From a virus: a stretch of 64,000 bases of DNA. Made by a program: the position numbers and the translations under genes. The stretch is taken from the IMG/VR virus record IMGVR_UViG_3300045988_092438; one strand, given 5' to 3'. Positions 35,741 through 44,436 of the stretch are shown in pieces. The notes under the pieces are model-generated. The model saw only the letters and a program-made list of their open reading frames with translations, did not search any database and was not told the DNA's origin. Within the stretch, counting starts at the first letter, position 1. Each line of letters begins with the position of its first letter.

Positions 35741-35792
35741 TATTTCTTACCCGGATTATTTGGTAAAGGTTTCCTTTACTGCGGAATTTCTT

Positions 35793-35975
35793 TTACATGA
35801 GTAACATCATTCCTACTCTCATTAAAACACTTACTACTATTACTCCTATAGTTACTCCTATTACTATCTTCACTACTCTCCGCAACTTTCTATGCTTACT
35901 TTTCATTTCCGCACGTTTCTCATTATACTTGCGTATAAATTCCATCTGTTCTTCATCATCACTTCTATAACACAT
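35793..35975 (-). CDS. small membrane protein (C-terminal TM)
   Basis: 60 aa. Charged N-terminal half, then ..VVKIVIGVTIGVIVVSVLMRVGMMLLM. Confidence 0.45.
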   Translation of the reverse strand: MCYRSDDEEQMEFIRKYNEKRAEMKSKHRKLRRVVKIVIGVTIGVIVVSVLMRVGMMLLM

Positions 35976-35976
35976 A

Positions 35977-36276
35977 TCATGGTCTCCTTGTCAATGTTGC
36001 TTTTCTTACTTTGAGTCCTAAAAGAAAATTAAGTACATCTTCTAATTCATCTACATACACTTCTTCTCCAAAATCAAGACCCACAGCTTTCTTATCCGTA
36101 ACTTCATTCACAGTATAAACACGAATGTCTTCACCCATACCCATATTGTGTGCTTGAGCAAGAACACTATTTCTCCGACTAACTGTTGTGGTAATGATAG
36201 GTGTTCCTGTGAAATAAGCGTCCATAATTAAAGAAGTTGTCTTACCTTTACCTCTGTTATCTACATCAATCTGCAT
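35977..36276 (-). CDS. small P-loop protein
   Basis: 99 aa with Walker-A-like ..NRGKGKTTS.. near the N-terminus. Confidence 0.45.
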   Translation of the reverse strand: MQIDVDNRGKGKTTSLIMDAYFTGTPIITTTVSRRNSVLAQAHNMGMGEDIRVYTVNEVTDKKAVGLDFGEEVYVDELEDVLNFLLGLKVRKATLTRRP

Positions 36277-36296
36277 AACTTATACTTCCTCCTCTT

Positions 36297-36794
36297 TTAA
36301 AGTCCTGTCTGTACTGAAAAGAATGTTAGACTTCTGTTAGTATTCATATTCTTACCTGTTCCTATCACTCTTACGTCACTATCAAACGTGGATTTACCTC
36401 CGACATTAGAAATAACTACTTCTCCTTCAAAGTCTTTAATGACTGTATAACAATGTTCACTATATCCTCCATCTTCTTTTAAATTAAAGAAAGTAGGGTT
36501 AAATTTCTTTGCGTCCTCTACTGTCATAACACAAACAAGTCCTGCGTCAGCACAAAACTTTCCAAGTTTCTTACCTTTAGACTTTACACCTGCATAAACA
36601 GTACAAGACCAATCACCATAGATAGTATCTGAAACAATAGCATTAACTCCAAACACTTCTGGGAATACTGATTCATTTCCTAAAGTCTCATTTCTGTTTA
36701 AGCTAAACCATTTGTTAATAAATTTCTTGTCATAATCATCACCCTCAAGAATATAACAAGGGTCTGTGATTACAATATCTCCTTTAAATTTCAT
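36297..36794 (-). CDS. hypothetical protein
   Basis: 165-aa co-directional ORF. Confidence 0.5.
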   Translation of the reverse strand: MKFKGDIVITDPCYILEGDDYDKKFINKWFSLNRNETLGNESVFPEVFGVNAIVSDTIYGDWSCTVYAGVKSKGKKLGKFCADAGLVCVMTVEDAKKFNPTFFNLKEDGGYSEHCYTVIKDFEGEVVISNVGGKSTFDSDVRVIGTGKNMNTNRSLTFFSVQTGL

Positions 36795-36797
36795 TTC

Positions 36798-37049
36798 TTA
36801 CCTCCGATTTGAATATAAATTGTATATGTTTATGTGTTTGACATGACCTCGGATAAAAGGATTGTCCGTCATGTCACTTATAAACCGAGTGTATGTTTCA
36901 TTACTAACATGAGTATAATATATCTCACCCTTTACCAGTGCTTCTGTCAACTGTCTCTTAGTGGTTATTCTGTTAAATACTTCTCTGTCACCACCTTTTA
37001 GAGCGTCTCTTTTCAGTATAATAAACCCATCATTTGTATCTTTGTACAT
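36798..37049 (-). CDS. hypothetical protein
   Basis: 83-aa co-directional ORF. Confidence 0.45.
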   Translation of the reverse strand: MYKDTNDGFIILKRDALKGGDREVFNRITTKRQLTEALVKGEIYYTHVSNETYTRFISDMTDNPFIRGHVKHINIYNLYSNRR

Positions 37050-37051
37050 AC

Positions 37052-37213
37052 TTAACCTACTTCCTCACATTCAGACGCTTTTACATACTGGAACTCTTTC
37101 TTGCCGGATTTAAACACACTCTGCTTCTCCGCATAAATCAAGAACTGTAATATTGGTCTTGGCTCTACATGATATACTGTGTATATCTTACCCTTATATC
37201 TCACTTTAAACAT
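37052..37213 (-). CDS. 53-aa hypothetical protein (below the ORF-track cutoff)
   Basis: MFKVRYKGKIYTVYHVEPRPILQFLIYAEKQSVFKSGKKEFQYVKASECEEVG exactly fills the gap between the flanking genes. GAAGGTGA lies upstream. Confidence 0.45.
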   Translation of the reverse strand: MFKVRYKGKIYTVYHVEPRPILQFLIYAEKQSVFKSGKKEFQYVKASECEEVG

Positions 37214-37454
37214 TGTCTTCACCTTCTTTCCTCATAATATATTCAGTTAAAACTCTTATCTCACACCGCAATCTTTTATTTTCGGCTGTGAGTTTAACAA
37301 CACCATTAACAAGTCTGTCATCAACCTCTTTCATTTTGTGATACTCCTTGTCTTTCATGCAACAAGTAATTTCACGAAATTTATCAATGTCCTTTTCATC
37401 TTTAATGAATCCACTAGATACTATCTTGTCAGCAAATTCTTCAATGAGAGTCAT
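37206..37454 (-). CDS. hypothetical protein
   Basis: 82-aa ORF with AAAGGGGTG upstream. Confidence 0.45.
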   Translation of the reverse strand: MTLIEEFADKIVSSGFIKDEKDIDKFREITCCMKDKEYHKMKEVDDRLVNGVVKLTAENKRLRCEIRVLTEYIMRKEGEDNV

Positions 37455-37557
37455 TTATTACACCCCTTTCATGTATTTATTACTCTTACATTATAATAGG
37501 ACGTTCAACTTTCGTCAAACGTCCTTTCTTCTCAAACCTCGCTGTCAGCAGGTTTAT

Positions 37558-37725
37558 CTACTTTTCATTCCTTACTTCTTTCAGAACTTTTGCTCTCAGT
37601 ACATCACACATTGGTTCACCACTTTCAGCACACTTGATAAGGTCATCTGTAATTCCATACATACATTCATTAGTAAAACCAGTATTATTGTCACAGCTAA
37701 CAATATTACACTTAATATTACTCAC
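37558..37725 (-). CDS. 55-aa Cys-rich hypothetical protein (below the ORF-track cutoff)
   Basis: GTG at 37725 with AAGGTGG 9 nt upstream, inside the end of nrdG. Reads (M)SNIKCNIVSCDNNTGFTNECMYGITDDLIKCAESGEPMCDVLRAKVLKEVRNEK. An 8-bp-stem hairpin (37498-37525) follows. Confidence 0.35.
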   Translation of the reverse strand: MSNIKCNIVSCDNNTGFTNECMYGITDDLIKCAESGEPMCDVLRAKVLKEVRNEK

Positions 37726-38266
37726 AATGAAGTACCACCTTTCCTTCTTTTAAAGACTTCTGTACATCAATCACTCTCTGGTTACTACTTCCTCTCCACT
37801 TGAGATTAACGTCTCTGAGGTCTTTCTTATATTCACCGTCTACAAGTACATCAATCAAAGGAAGAATCTTTGCAACCCCTTCATCATAAGTACTGTATCT
37901 TCCAACTCCTGTGTGTGTCCAAGATACACACTCTTCTAACTCTTCAAAAGTATAACCTGTATACACCCAAATTGTCTTGTCGGGAAAATGTTTTTTAATC
38001 TGTTCCATGAGGTTAAAAACAGAATGAATATTAAATACAGCAAGTGGGTCTCCACCACTAAAGGTTATTCCAAAAACATAGTCTTTAGACAGCTCATTAA
38101 AAATCTCCCTCTTTGCTTCTTCATCAAACTCAATCCCACTGTTAGGAGACCAAGTTTCGGGATTCTGACACTCTTCACAATGATGTGGACACCCAGACAC
38201 CCAAAGTACTACTCTGATTCCATCACCATTTAACATATCTTCATGGGTAATGTTGTGATAATTCAT
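37718..38266 (-). CDS. nrdG: anaerobic ribonucleotide reductase activating protein (radical SAM)
   Basis: 182 aa with ..GCPHHCEECQN.. (CxxxCxxC) and NrdG-like N-terminal ..DGIRVVLWVSGC... Confidence 0.85.
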   Translation of the reverse strand: MNYHNITHEDMLNGDGIRVVLWVSGCPHHCEECQNPETWSPNSGIEFDEEAKREIFNELSKDYVFGITFSGGDPLAVFNIHSVFNLMEQIKKHFPDKTIWVYTGYTFEELEECVSWTHTGVGRYSTYDEGVAKILPLIDVLVDGEYKKDLRDVNLKWRGSSNQRVIDVQKSLKEGKVVLHCE

Positions 38267-38268
38267 AC

Positions 38269-38949
38269 TTATTCCTCCTCTAATAAATCAGCTAACTTGA
38301 CTTCCCGGAAGTAGTTGATAAAAGCAAATGTAAACTGGTCTCTTGCTGTAGCAAACAACCCTTTATAAAGACCTTCTTTTAATTCATCTAAATAGTATTC
38401 AGACACTATCTTATCATGACAGAACCTCAAAGACTGCAACTTTCTCATATCAATCCTCTGAGTATGATACTTAACAGGTTGAAGCTCCTCACCTTCATTA
38501 AAAGGTTTCAATGGTTCATCATTCACACAAACTTTAAATACTGGAAGTCCTTCACTCACATACTGAAACTTTCCATCTGGCATTTTAATACCAATGTTAG
38601 TCATGTGTGCAGTGATATGTAACTCATGCAGATGACTGTCCATAACTACATACAGCTTATTGAGTCTGTCACCTTTCTTGTGATAGTAACACTCATTTAC
38701 CATATCAGTGTGTTCTACATTAAACTCTAAAGTGGCACTTATACAGCCCGACTCAAATTTTGAAGGTGGAATTGTGACTGGAACTCCATTCCGCATTACA
38801 TCATTAAAACTATATTTTTCTATTATATTTAATTTATATAATATATTATATATTAAAGAGGTAATGGAGTCCTTCACCCTTCTCAGAAAAAGTCGGGTCT
38901 TTCTAAATGGAATAGGTTTTGTCATGGAGTAAAATTTAGCTTTGCTCAT
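38269..38949 (-). CDS. hypothetical protein
   Basis: Start moved to MSKAKFYS (ATG 38949, GAGGAGG upstream). Confidence 0.5.
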   Translation of the reverse strand: MSKAKFYSMTKPIPFRKTRLFLRRVKDSITSLIYNILYKLNIIEKYSFNDVMRNGVPVTIPPSKFESGCISATLEFNVEHTDMVNECYYHKKGDRLNKLYVVMDSHLHELHITAHMTNIGIKMPDGKFQYVSEGLPVFKVCVNDEPLKPFNEGEELQPVKYHTQRIDMRKLQSLRFCHDKIVSEYYLDELKEGLYKGLFATARDQFTFAFINYFREVKLADLLEEE

Positions 38950-39067
38950 TATATTCCTCCTCAATCACTTTAAAGAAGAACTCTTCCGGTTTAGGGTTTA
39001 TCATGTTATCAATAACCTCTCTTACTGGAATACTTCCAACTTCTTTTTTAACTGGTTCTAACTTCAT
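38936..39067 (-). CDS. 43-aa hypothetical protein (below the ORF-track cutoff)
   Basis: MKLEPVKKEVGSIPVREVIDNMINPKPEEFFFKVIEEEYNEQS with AAGGAGTG 9 nt upstream. Fills the gap after the DpdA-like gene. Confidence 0.35.
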   Translation of the reverse strand: MKLEPVKKEVGSIPVREVIDNMINPKPEEFFFKVIEEEYNEQS

Positions 39068-39143
39068 AGAAACACTCCTTTCTTTAAATCAAAAAATCTA
39101 TGCTACATGATTATAACACATAGCATAGATTTATCAAATCGAC

Positions 39144-41222
39144 CTAAATATCAGCGTCCACTATATCTTCTTTTTTATCTTCATCACTCTTACCTAAGTC
39201 ACCGAAAATTTTCTCTAAAATTCCTCCACGTTGTGGGTTCGTGACTTGAGTAGTCATTTCCTGTGTACCATCACTTCTGAGAATTTTGGTTTGTCTGAGA
39301 ACTTCTGTACTTCCATTCTCATACATAGCTTTAAGCTGTCCTAAATATCTCATAGACTGGTCCATCATAGCAGACACATTCGGGTCTGGCAGTCCACCTT
39401 CAAGCATTTCAAACATCATGGTTCTTTGTAATCTTCCCAGTGAGAAGTCCACAATACCCTGCATAGCTTGAATAATATCACCCATATCCCTTGTGTCAAA
39501 CTTATCAAAGATTTTGTTATAAGCACAAGCAAATCCGGCTTTATATTCTGGACATTTCTGAGCCGCATAACAGGTATCACAAGCCAGTTTAGGAAACTTC
39601 TTTGAGTACATCTTTTTTGGCTTCAACACTTGTCTCTGACCTTTAAGGAAGTGTCCATGTTCATCACGGATAGGTGTAATTCCCTCTTCTGCAAAGATTT
39701 CATCATCTAAAGAATCAATCTCTGGTGCTTCACCATCAGTACTCTCTGGCAGGTATTTTGAAAGGACATTAAGGACTTCCATTTCAGAAACGTCCTCAGT
39801 GTCATATTCATCATCTGTGATATAAGTCTCACGCTCTTTCACTACCCTGTCAAAATTCGTGCCGAGAAGTAAGAGTTTATCATTCTCACCTAAAAGGTTC
39901 TCTTTGTAGAACTGAATAAGGTCAGTGACCCTTTCTTCATCACTCTGGACAATCCTGTTGATATAGAGGTCATGGATTTCTTTAATCACCTCTGGTGTAT
40001 AAACCCGATTGATAAAGTCTGCATAATCTGGGTTATCCCAGTTCATAAAACAGGTCATATCAATAACACAGTTTAAAGCCTGTACTCTGTCCTCTTTAGA
40101 GACATTAAAGAGTTCTGCATAGTGTTCCCATGTAGCGTCCTGCTCTTCTGGATTGTCTAACCACTCTGGTGTAGGGTATTCAATAGAGTCAAGGTCTGCT
40201 TCTGTTCTCTTCTCTCCCTTTGGTCTTAACCAGTACATTCTGGCTCTACACTGCTTCTGAATATATTCCTCTGCTTCAATAAAAGCATGAACATTTACCC
40301 TAATCATTTCTGTGCTGTCTTCATCAAGTAACTTCTGTTCATCAAAGCCCAGAGAAACAAGTTTCGGGAGCATATTACCCTTCCACTTGTCTTTCTTTAA
40401 ACGTGTCATCTTCTTACCAGTCCAGTAGTTGACTTCACCATACTGCAATCCTACCATCCACGTTGTAGAGTCTACTGTGTAAAATGGGAGGGAAGTTAAA
40501 AGAGAAGTCTTTGTCATAGCCATTCCATGTACAACAGTATTATATTTCTCTGTAATTCTAAGTCGGTCTCTGCAAATTCTCTCTCCGTCATCAGAGTCAA
40601 ACTCCCAAGGCATACCAATATAGGGATAACGCTGTGCATATTGTTCCCAAGTTCTTGCTGTCTGCCCTTCATGGTAAATGAAACACACTGGAATACCTGT
40701 CTCAAGCATAAAAGGCTCAAAGTACTTTTCATTCCACTGCTGAACAATCTCTGGGTCAACATGACCTTCAATATCAAGATTGGCAATAGCAAAGATAATG
40801 TCCTTGTGCTTTTTAGCCCATTTTAAATATCTATCAATCTGTTTCTCCCAGTCTTCAATAGTGAACTCGGCATACTTAGAGTCATTCCGGTAAGTGTAAG
40901 CACCAGAGTCAACAAAGAATTTGATACCAAGACCACTAAACTTATCAACATTCATGTGTTTATTCTGCACATACTGATAGGACACCAGAAAGTTTCTGAT
41001 ACCCATATCATACAGAATGTCGAAGTTTCTTTCATCTTCAACACCAGAGTATAACATATGAAAGTCCTGTTCATGGTCTACAATATCCCACAATGTCTTT
41101 GGCTTCTCTTGTACTGCTTCACCAGAATGGTCTTCTTTATTCGTAATTTGATTAAATTTGGACTTTCCAGAAGACTCTGGGGTATTTGTAGGCATTGCCT
41201 TTTTGAGCTTTAATTTAGGCAT
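39144..41222 (-). CDS. dpdA: DpdA-like DNA-guanine transglycosylase with a long C-terminal extension
   Basis: N-terminal ~330 aa show TGT/DpdA-like strings (..NFLVSYQY.., ..FFVDSGAYT.., ..VHGMAMTK.., ..YTVDSTTW..). The 692-aa length is about twice a typical phage DpdA. The C-terminal part carries CDTCYAAQKCPEYKAGFAC. Adjacent to folE/queC/queE/queD. Confidence 0.7.
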   Translation of the reverse strand: MPKLKLKKAMPTNTPESSGKSKFNQITNKEDHSGEAVQEKPKTLWDIVDHEQDFHMLYSGVEDERNFDILYDMGIRNFLVSYQYVQNKHMNVDKFSGLGIKFFVDSGAYTYRNDSKYAEFTIEDWEKQIDRYLKWAKKHKDIIFAIANLDIEGHVDPEIVQQWNEKYFEPFMLETGIPVCFIYHEGQTARTWEQYAQRYPYIGMPWEFDSDDGERICRDRLRITEKYNTVVHGMAMTKTSLLTSLPFYTVDSTTWMVGLQYGEVNYWTGKKMTRLKKDKWKGNMLPKLVSLGFDEQKLLDEDSTEMIRVNVHAFIEAEEYIQKQCRARMYWLRPKGEKRTEADLDSIEYPTPEWLDNPEEQDATWEHYAELFNVSKEDRVQALNCVIDMTCFMNWDNPDYADFINRVYTPEVIKEIHDLYINRIVQSDEERVTDLIQFYKENLLGENDKLLLLGTNFDRVVKERETYITDDEYDTEDVSEMEVLNVLSKYLPESTDGEAPEIDSLDDEIFAEEGITPIRDEHGHFLKGQRQVLKPKKMYSKKFPKLACDTCYAAQKCPEYKAGFACAYNKIFDKFDTRDMGDIIQAMQGIVDFSLGRLQRTMMFEMLEGGLPDPNVSAMMDQSMRYLGQLKAMYENGSTEVLRQTKILRSDGTQEMTTQVTNPQRGGILEKIFGDLGKSDEDKKEDIVDADI

Positions 41223-41227
41223 ATCTC

Positions 41228-41797
41228 TTACCCCTTTCTTCTCTCTTTAAATTCCTCATAACTGTCTTCAAATCCCGGATGTGTTCTTTTAAAGTATGTG
41301 ATAGTACTGCAATCACTCTCAGCACCACGACACTTCACACACTGGTGTGTTGCTTCTACCTCTACAAAGAGTGCATGAGGTTCAAGCATATTAAACAGGA
41401 ACTCTCCAATCTCTGTAGTCAGCTTCTCCTGTAACTGTGGTCTCTTACTAAAGTACTTCACCACTCTTGGAAGTTTTGACAGTCCAATGATTGTGTCACT
41501 CGGAACATAACCAATAGTGACTTTGCCGGAGAAAGGTAAGAAGTGGTGTTCACAAGTAGAGTTAAATTCAATATCCCTTACAATCACCATTTCACTCTCA
41601 TACTCATTCGGAAAGGTAGTCATGGTCTCCTTTAACTCCTTCATGTGAGCGTCATTCACATTTGCAAATAACTCATTCACCCACATCTTAGCCACTCTGA
41701 GGGGAGTGTTCTTATTGCTCTCTGTCTTTGGGATTTCAAGAATTCTCATAATCTCTTCAAGATGTTCCTTAATTGCTTCTACTTTGTTATTTATCAT
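41228..41797 (-). CDS. folE: GTP cyclohydrolase I
   Basis: 189 aa with ..NSTCEHHFLPFSGKVTIGYVP.. and ..EATHQCVKCRG.., both FolE signatures. Confidence 0.85.
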   Translation of the reverse strand: MINNKVEAIKEHLEEIMRILEIPKTESNKNTPLRVAKMWVNELFANVNDAHMKELKETMTTFPNEYESEMVIVRDIEFNSTCEHHFLPFSGKVTIGYVPSDTIIGLSKLPRVVKYFSKRPQLQEKLTTEIGEFLFNMLEPHALFVEVEATHQCVKCRGAESDCSTITYFKRTHPGFEDSYEEFKERRKG

Positions 41798-41837
41798 AGT
41801 ATATACCTCCTTTATCTTGTAATCTTCATTATAACAT

Positions 41838-41874
41838 AAAAAAGCACTGGGTCAACCTATTGTCAACCCAATGC
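41838..41874 (-). terminator. rho-independent terminator inside the 7-deazaguanine cluster
   Basis: 13-bp stem GCATTGGGTTGAC/GTTGACCCAGTGC (3 G.U) followed by TTTTTTATG on the minus strand. Confidence 0.7.
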
Positions 41875-41900
41875 TCTCTTACTTTTTGGCTGTGTGACGA

Positions 41901-42047
41901 TTATCGACCACGAACACGGTTTACTACGTTGGAAATACCATTACGGATAGCTCTTCCTGCTCTCTGAATAGCATTACCACCTCTACCGCTACGAGTAGAA
42001 TTACCACCACTACGTCCATTGCTAGGACCTGCGTATGCTTTCATCAT
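41901..42047 (-). CDS. 48-aa Gly/Arg-rich basic protein (below the ORF-track cutoff)
   Basis: MMKAYAGPSNGRSGGNSTRSGRGGNAIQRAGRAIRNGISNVVNRVRGR with AAGGAGG 8 nt upstream. Followed by a strong terminator. Confidence 0.5.
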   Translation of the reverse strand: MMKAYAGPSNGRSGGNSTRSGRGGNAIQRAGRAIRNGISNVVNRVRGR

Positions 42048-42170
42048 AGTTTCGTCCTCCTTTTTGTATATTTGATTAAGGGTGTTCTTATAACAGGGGA
42101 ATATACATAAACACCTGTTAAAGTACGTTTTCTTAATCTTCTCTTACTATACCAGAGGAGCTTATCAAAG

Positions 42171-42788
42171 TCAATATGTTTCGCCATAAATTTCTTCAAG
42201 TGCAAGACAATCTGGACACTTCCCACAAGGGAAAATTTTCAGTGTTGGCTCGTTACATGAAAAGAAATCTGCCGGAGTAATATTGTGCTGTCTGGCTATG
42301 TCTTTAAAATCCCATTTATCCATATCTATGAATGGTGTTTCAATCTTTATATCAGAGTCTTTCAACACCTGCTCAAGATTATTAAAGAACTCACCAGTAC
42401 AGTCAATATATTCATGCCCCGGAATTGATTTAATTACAGCTACATAGATTTTCTTACTACCAATTCCTTGTGCTAAAGAAGAAGCATAAGCCATGAAGAT
42501 AAGATTGCGGTACTCTAAATACTGAGCGTCACCATCTAGGTCTGAGTGTTTTCTACCATAGAGAGTACTTGCTGTCCATCTAATAGGGTCAAGTCTCACA
42601 TTATGATAAATCATGTTCAGTTTCTTACACACCTTCTTAGCACAATGAGTTTCCATGAGTCGATTTCTGTTTCCATATTCAAAATGAAGGGAGTGAATTT
42701 CTGCGTCTGGGTGTTGGTCTCTTACATAGTGGCACAAACACACACTATCAAAACCACCACTGTTAAGTACAACAATCTTTTCTTTCAT
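42171..42788 (-). CDS. queC: 7-cyano-7-deazaguanine (preQ0) synthase
   Basis: PP-loop ..VVLNSGGFDS.. and C-terminal Cys cluster ..C..KIFPCGKCPDC... Confidence 0.85.
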   Translation of the reverse strand: MKEKIVVLNSGGFDSVCLCHYVRDQHPDAEIHSLHFEYGNRNRLMETHCAKKVCKKLNMIYHNVRLDPIRWTASTLYGRKHSDLDGDAQYLEYRNLIFMAYASSLAQGIGSKKIYVAVIKSIPGHEYIDCTGEFFNNLEQVLKDSDIKIETPFIDMDKWDFKDIARQHNITPADFFSCNEPTLKIFPCGKCPDCLALEEIYGETY

Positions 42789-42791
42789 AAA

Positions 42792-43118
42792 CTACCTCCG
42801 AAACACATCTGGAATATCAGCCGGAAGAGAACTTCTTGAAGGTTTAGCTTTATTCACCGGATTGTGATAAAGAGGTTGACCCACGTTTCTCTGCTGTTTC
42901 TTCTCTTCTGGCTGTGATGTTCTAACAGGTTTTCTTCCTGCTACTTTATTCAGTCCATTGAGTCTTGCTGTCTCTTCATCTAAAATCTCTTTAGCTCCAA
43001 TTTTAGCTCCATCATATCTTTCTTTGTCTGCCTTGATTTCTTCGGCTCTTGCTAAAGTGCGAGCGTCATCACGTCTCTGCCACTTTAACTCTTCTGGGTC
43101 TACTGGTCTTCTAATCAT
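42792..43118 (-). CDS. hypothetical basic protein
   Basis: 108-aa ORF between queC and queE. Confidence 0.45.
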   Translation of the reverse strand: MIRRPVDPEELKWQRRDDARTLARAEEIKADKERYDGAKIGAKEILDEETARLNGLNKVAGRKPVRTSQPEEKKQQRNVGQPLYHNPVNKAKPSRSSLPADIPDVFRR

Positions 43119-43387
43119 CTTCCTACCTCCTCATAAGTCTTTTCAAAAATGTCTGGTTTGCATGGATAATATTCTCCGTTGACACCCTTGATGATATAAT
43201 CTCCCACACTTGCGTTCATAACACCTTCAAGTGTCTCAATCTTGAGTACAGGATTTTCTGGGTCTTCATAATTAACCCTTAAATCTTGAGTAGTGATAAA
43301 CTCCGAAAGCTCACAAAGTCTTTCTGGGTTATCCAGAAATTGCACTGCTTCAATCACTACTGGTTTCTTTCTATATTGCTTTGCCAT
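43115..43387 (-). CDS. small conserved phage protein (..GDYIIKGVNGEYYPCKPDIFEKTYE.. family)
   Basis: 90 aa. The KKPVVIEAVQF...GDYII.G..GE.YPCKPDIF..TYE pattern recurs in phage genomes. Function unknown. Confidence 0.45.
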   Translation of the reverse strand: MAKQYRKKPVVIEAVQFLDNPERLCELSEFITTQDLRVNYEDPENPVLKIETLEGVMNASVGDYIIKGVNGEYYPCKPDIFEKTYEEVGR

Positions 43388-43388
43388 A

Positions 43389-44030
43389 TTACTTTACCTC
43401 CAAAATCTTATGAAGCTGTATCTGCACACGAACATCTAAATGGTCTTCCAGAATCCAATCAACTAATTCATGTCCAATGTATGCTTTTCCATCTGGGTTA
43501 AACATAGGACTGACAAGAATTTTTGCGGAAGTAGGATATTTCTTCATTACTCCCTTCATAAACTCATAGTCTTCTCTGTCCTTGATGACATACTTAACCT
43601 CGTCAGTGTTTTGGAGTTTTAAAAGATTCTCATAAATGTTCTTGTGTTTCACTCCACTGGAAGGACCTTTAATGTCCATCACATATTTGTAACTTCGTCT
43701 GTAGCTTGGTTCTTCAAGTGGTACACACCCACTTGTCTCAATGGAGACTTTAAATCCCAGTGATTGTAATTCATATACCAGTGGTAATGCTTCATCATAG
43801 ATTAAAGGTTCTCCACCAGTCAAGCAGATGTTCTTACACCACTTGTAGTCTTTGAGTACTGTCTGGACTATGTTACCCACAGAAATTCTCTTTCTGTCCT
43901 CTTTCTTCTGAGGTTGGTCGCAATAAGAACAACCAACAGGACACCCAAACAGACGGATAAAGACACAAGGAAGACCTGTATCACTTGACTCTCCCTGTAT
44001 GCTACAGAAAATTTCATCATAGTATAACAT
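43389..44030 (-). CDS. queE: 7-carboxy-7-deazaguanine synthase (radical SAM)
   Basis: ..SIQGES...GLPCVFIRLFGCPVGCSYCD.. is a QueE-type N-terminus with cluster motif. Confidence 0.85.
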   Translation of the reverse strand: MLYYDEIFCSIQGESSDTGLPCVFIRLFGCPVGCSYCDQPQKKEDRKRISVGNIVQTVLKDYKWCKNICLTGGEPLIYDEALPLVYELQSLGFKVSIETSGCVPLEEPSYRRSYKYVMDIKGPSSGVKHKNIYENLLKLQNTDEVKYVIKDREDYEFMKGVMKKYPTSAKILVSPMFNPDGKAYIGHELVDWILEDHLDVRVQIQLHKILEVK

Positions 44031-44042
44031 AGTCTTACCTCC

Positions 44043-44423
44043 TTATGACTCTAAAATAGAGTACTCTGCATAACTATCTGCTGTCTCCCACAGCTTCACA
44101 CTTACAAGGTGAACACCCTCTGGCAATCTGGAAATAATGTCGGAAGAAATAACCGAAACCATATTCTCTGCTGTCGGGTTAGGGAAATAGTCATTGAGAT
44201 TGCAGTGGTCGTATTTATCCACAGCTACCTCTTTAACAATACGTTTCAAATCTTTAAAGTCAATAATCATTCCGCACTTTGGATTGTTCGTGTCTTTAAT
44301 GATGTTGCCACCAACTGTCACACTGAGTTTGTAGGAGTGTCCATGAAGATTGTGACAAGCTCCTACATAGTGTGGCAGGTGGTGACACGCTTCAAAGCTA
44401 AAGTTCTTTGTTACTGTAATCAT
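44043..44423 (-). CDS. queD: 6-carboxy-5,6,7,8-tetrahydropterin synthase
   Basis: Start moved to MITVTKNFSFEACHHLP (ATG 44423, GGAGG 8 nt upstream). Contains ..CHNLHGHSYKL.., a PTPS/QueD signature. Confidence 0.85.
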   Translation of the reverse strand: MITVTKNFSFEACHHLPHYVGACHNLHGHSYKLSVTVGGNIIKDTNNPKCGMIIDFKDLKRIVKEVAVDKYDHCNLNDYFPNPTAENMVSVISSDIISRLPEGVHLVSVKLWETADSYAEYSILES

Positions 44424-44436
44424 CACCTGCACCTCC

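Noticed and set aside
42044-42226. 60-aa minus-strand ORF overlapping the end of queC.
   Set aside because: It has no RBS and overlaps queC in another frame. The gap is better explained by the 48-aa ORF at 42047-41901, which has a strong RBS and a terminator.
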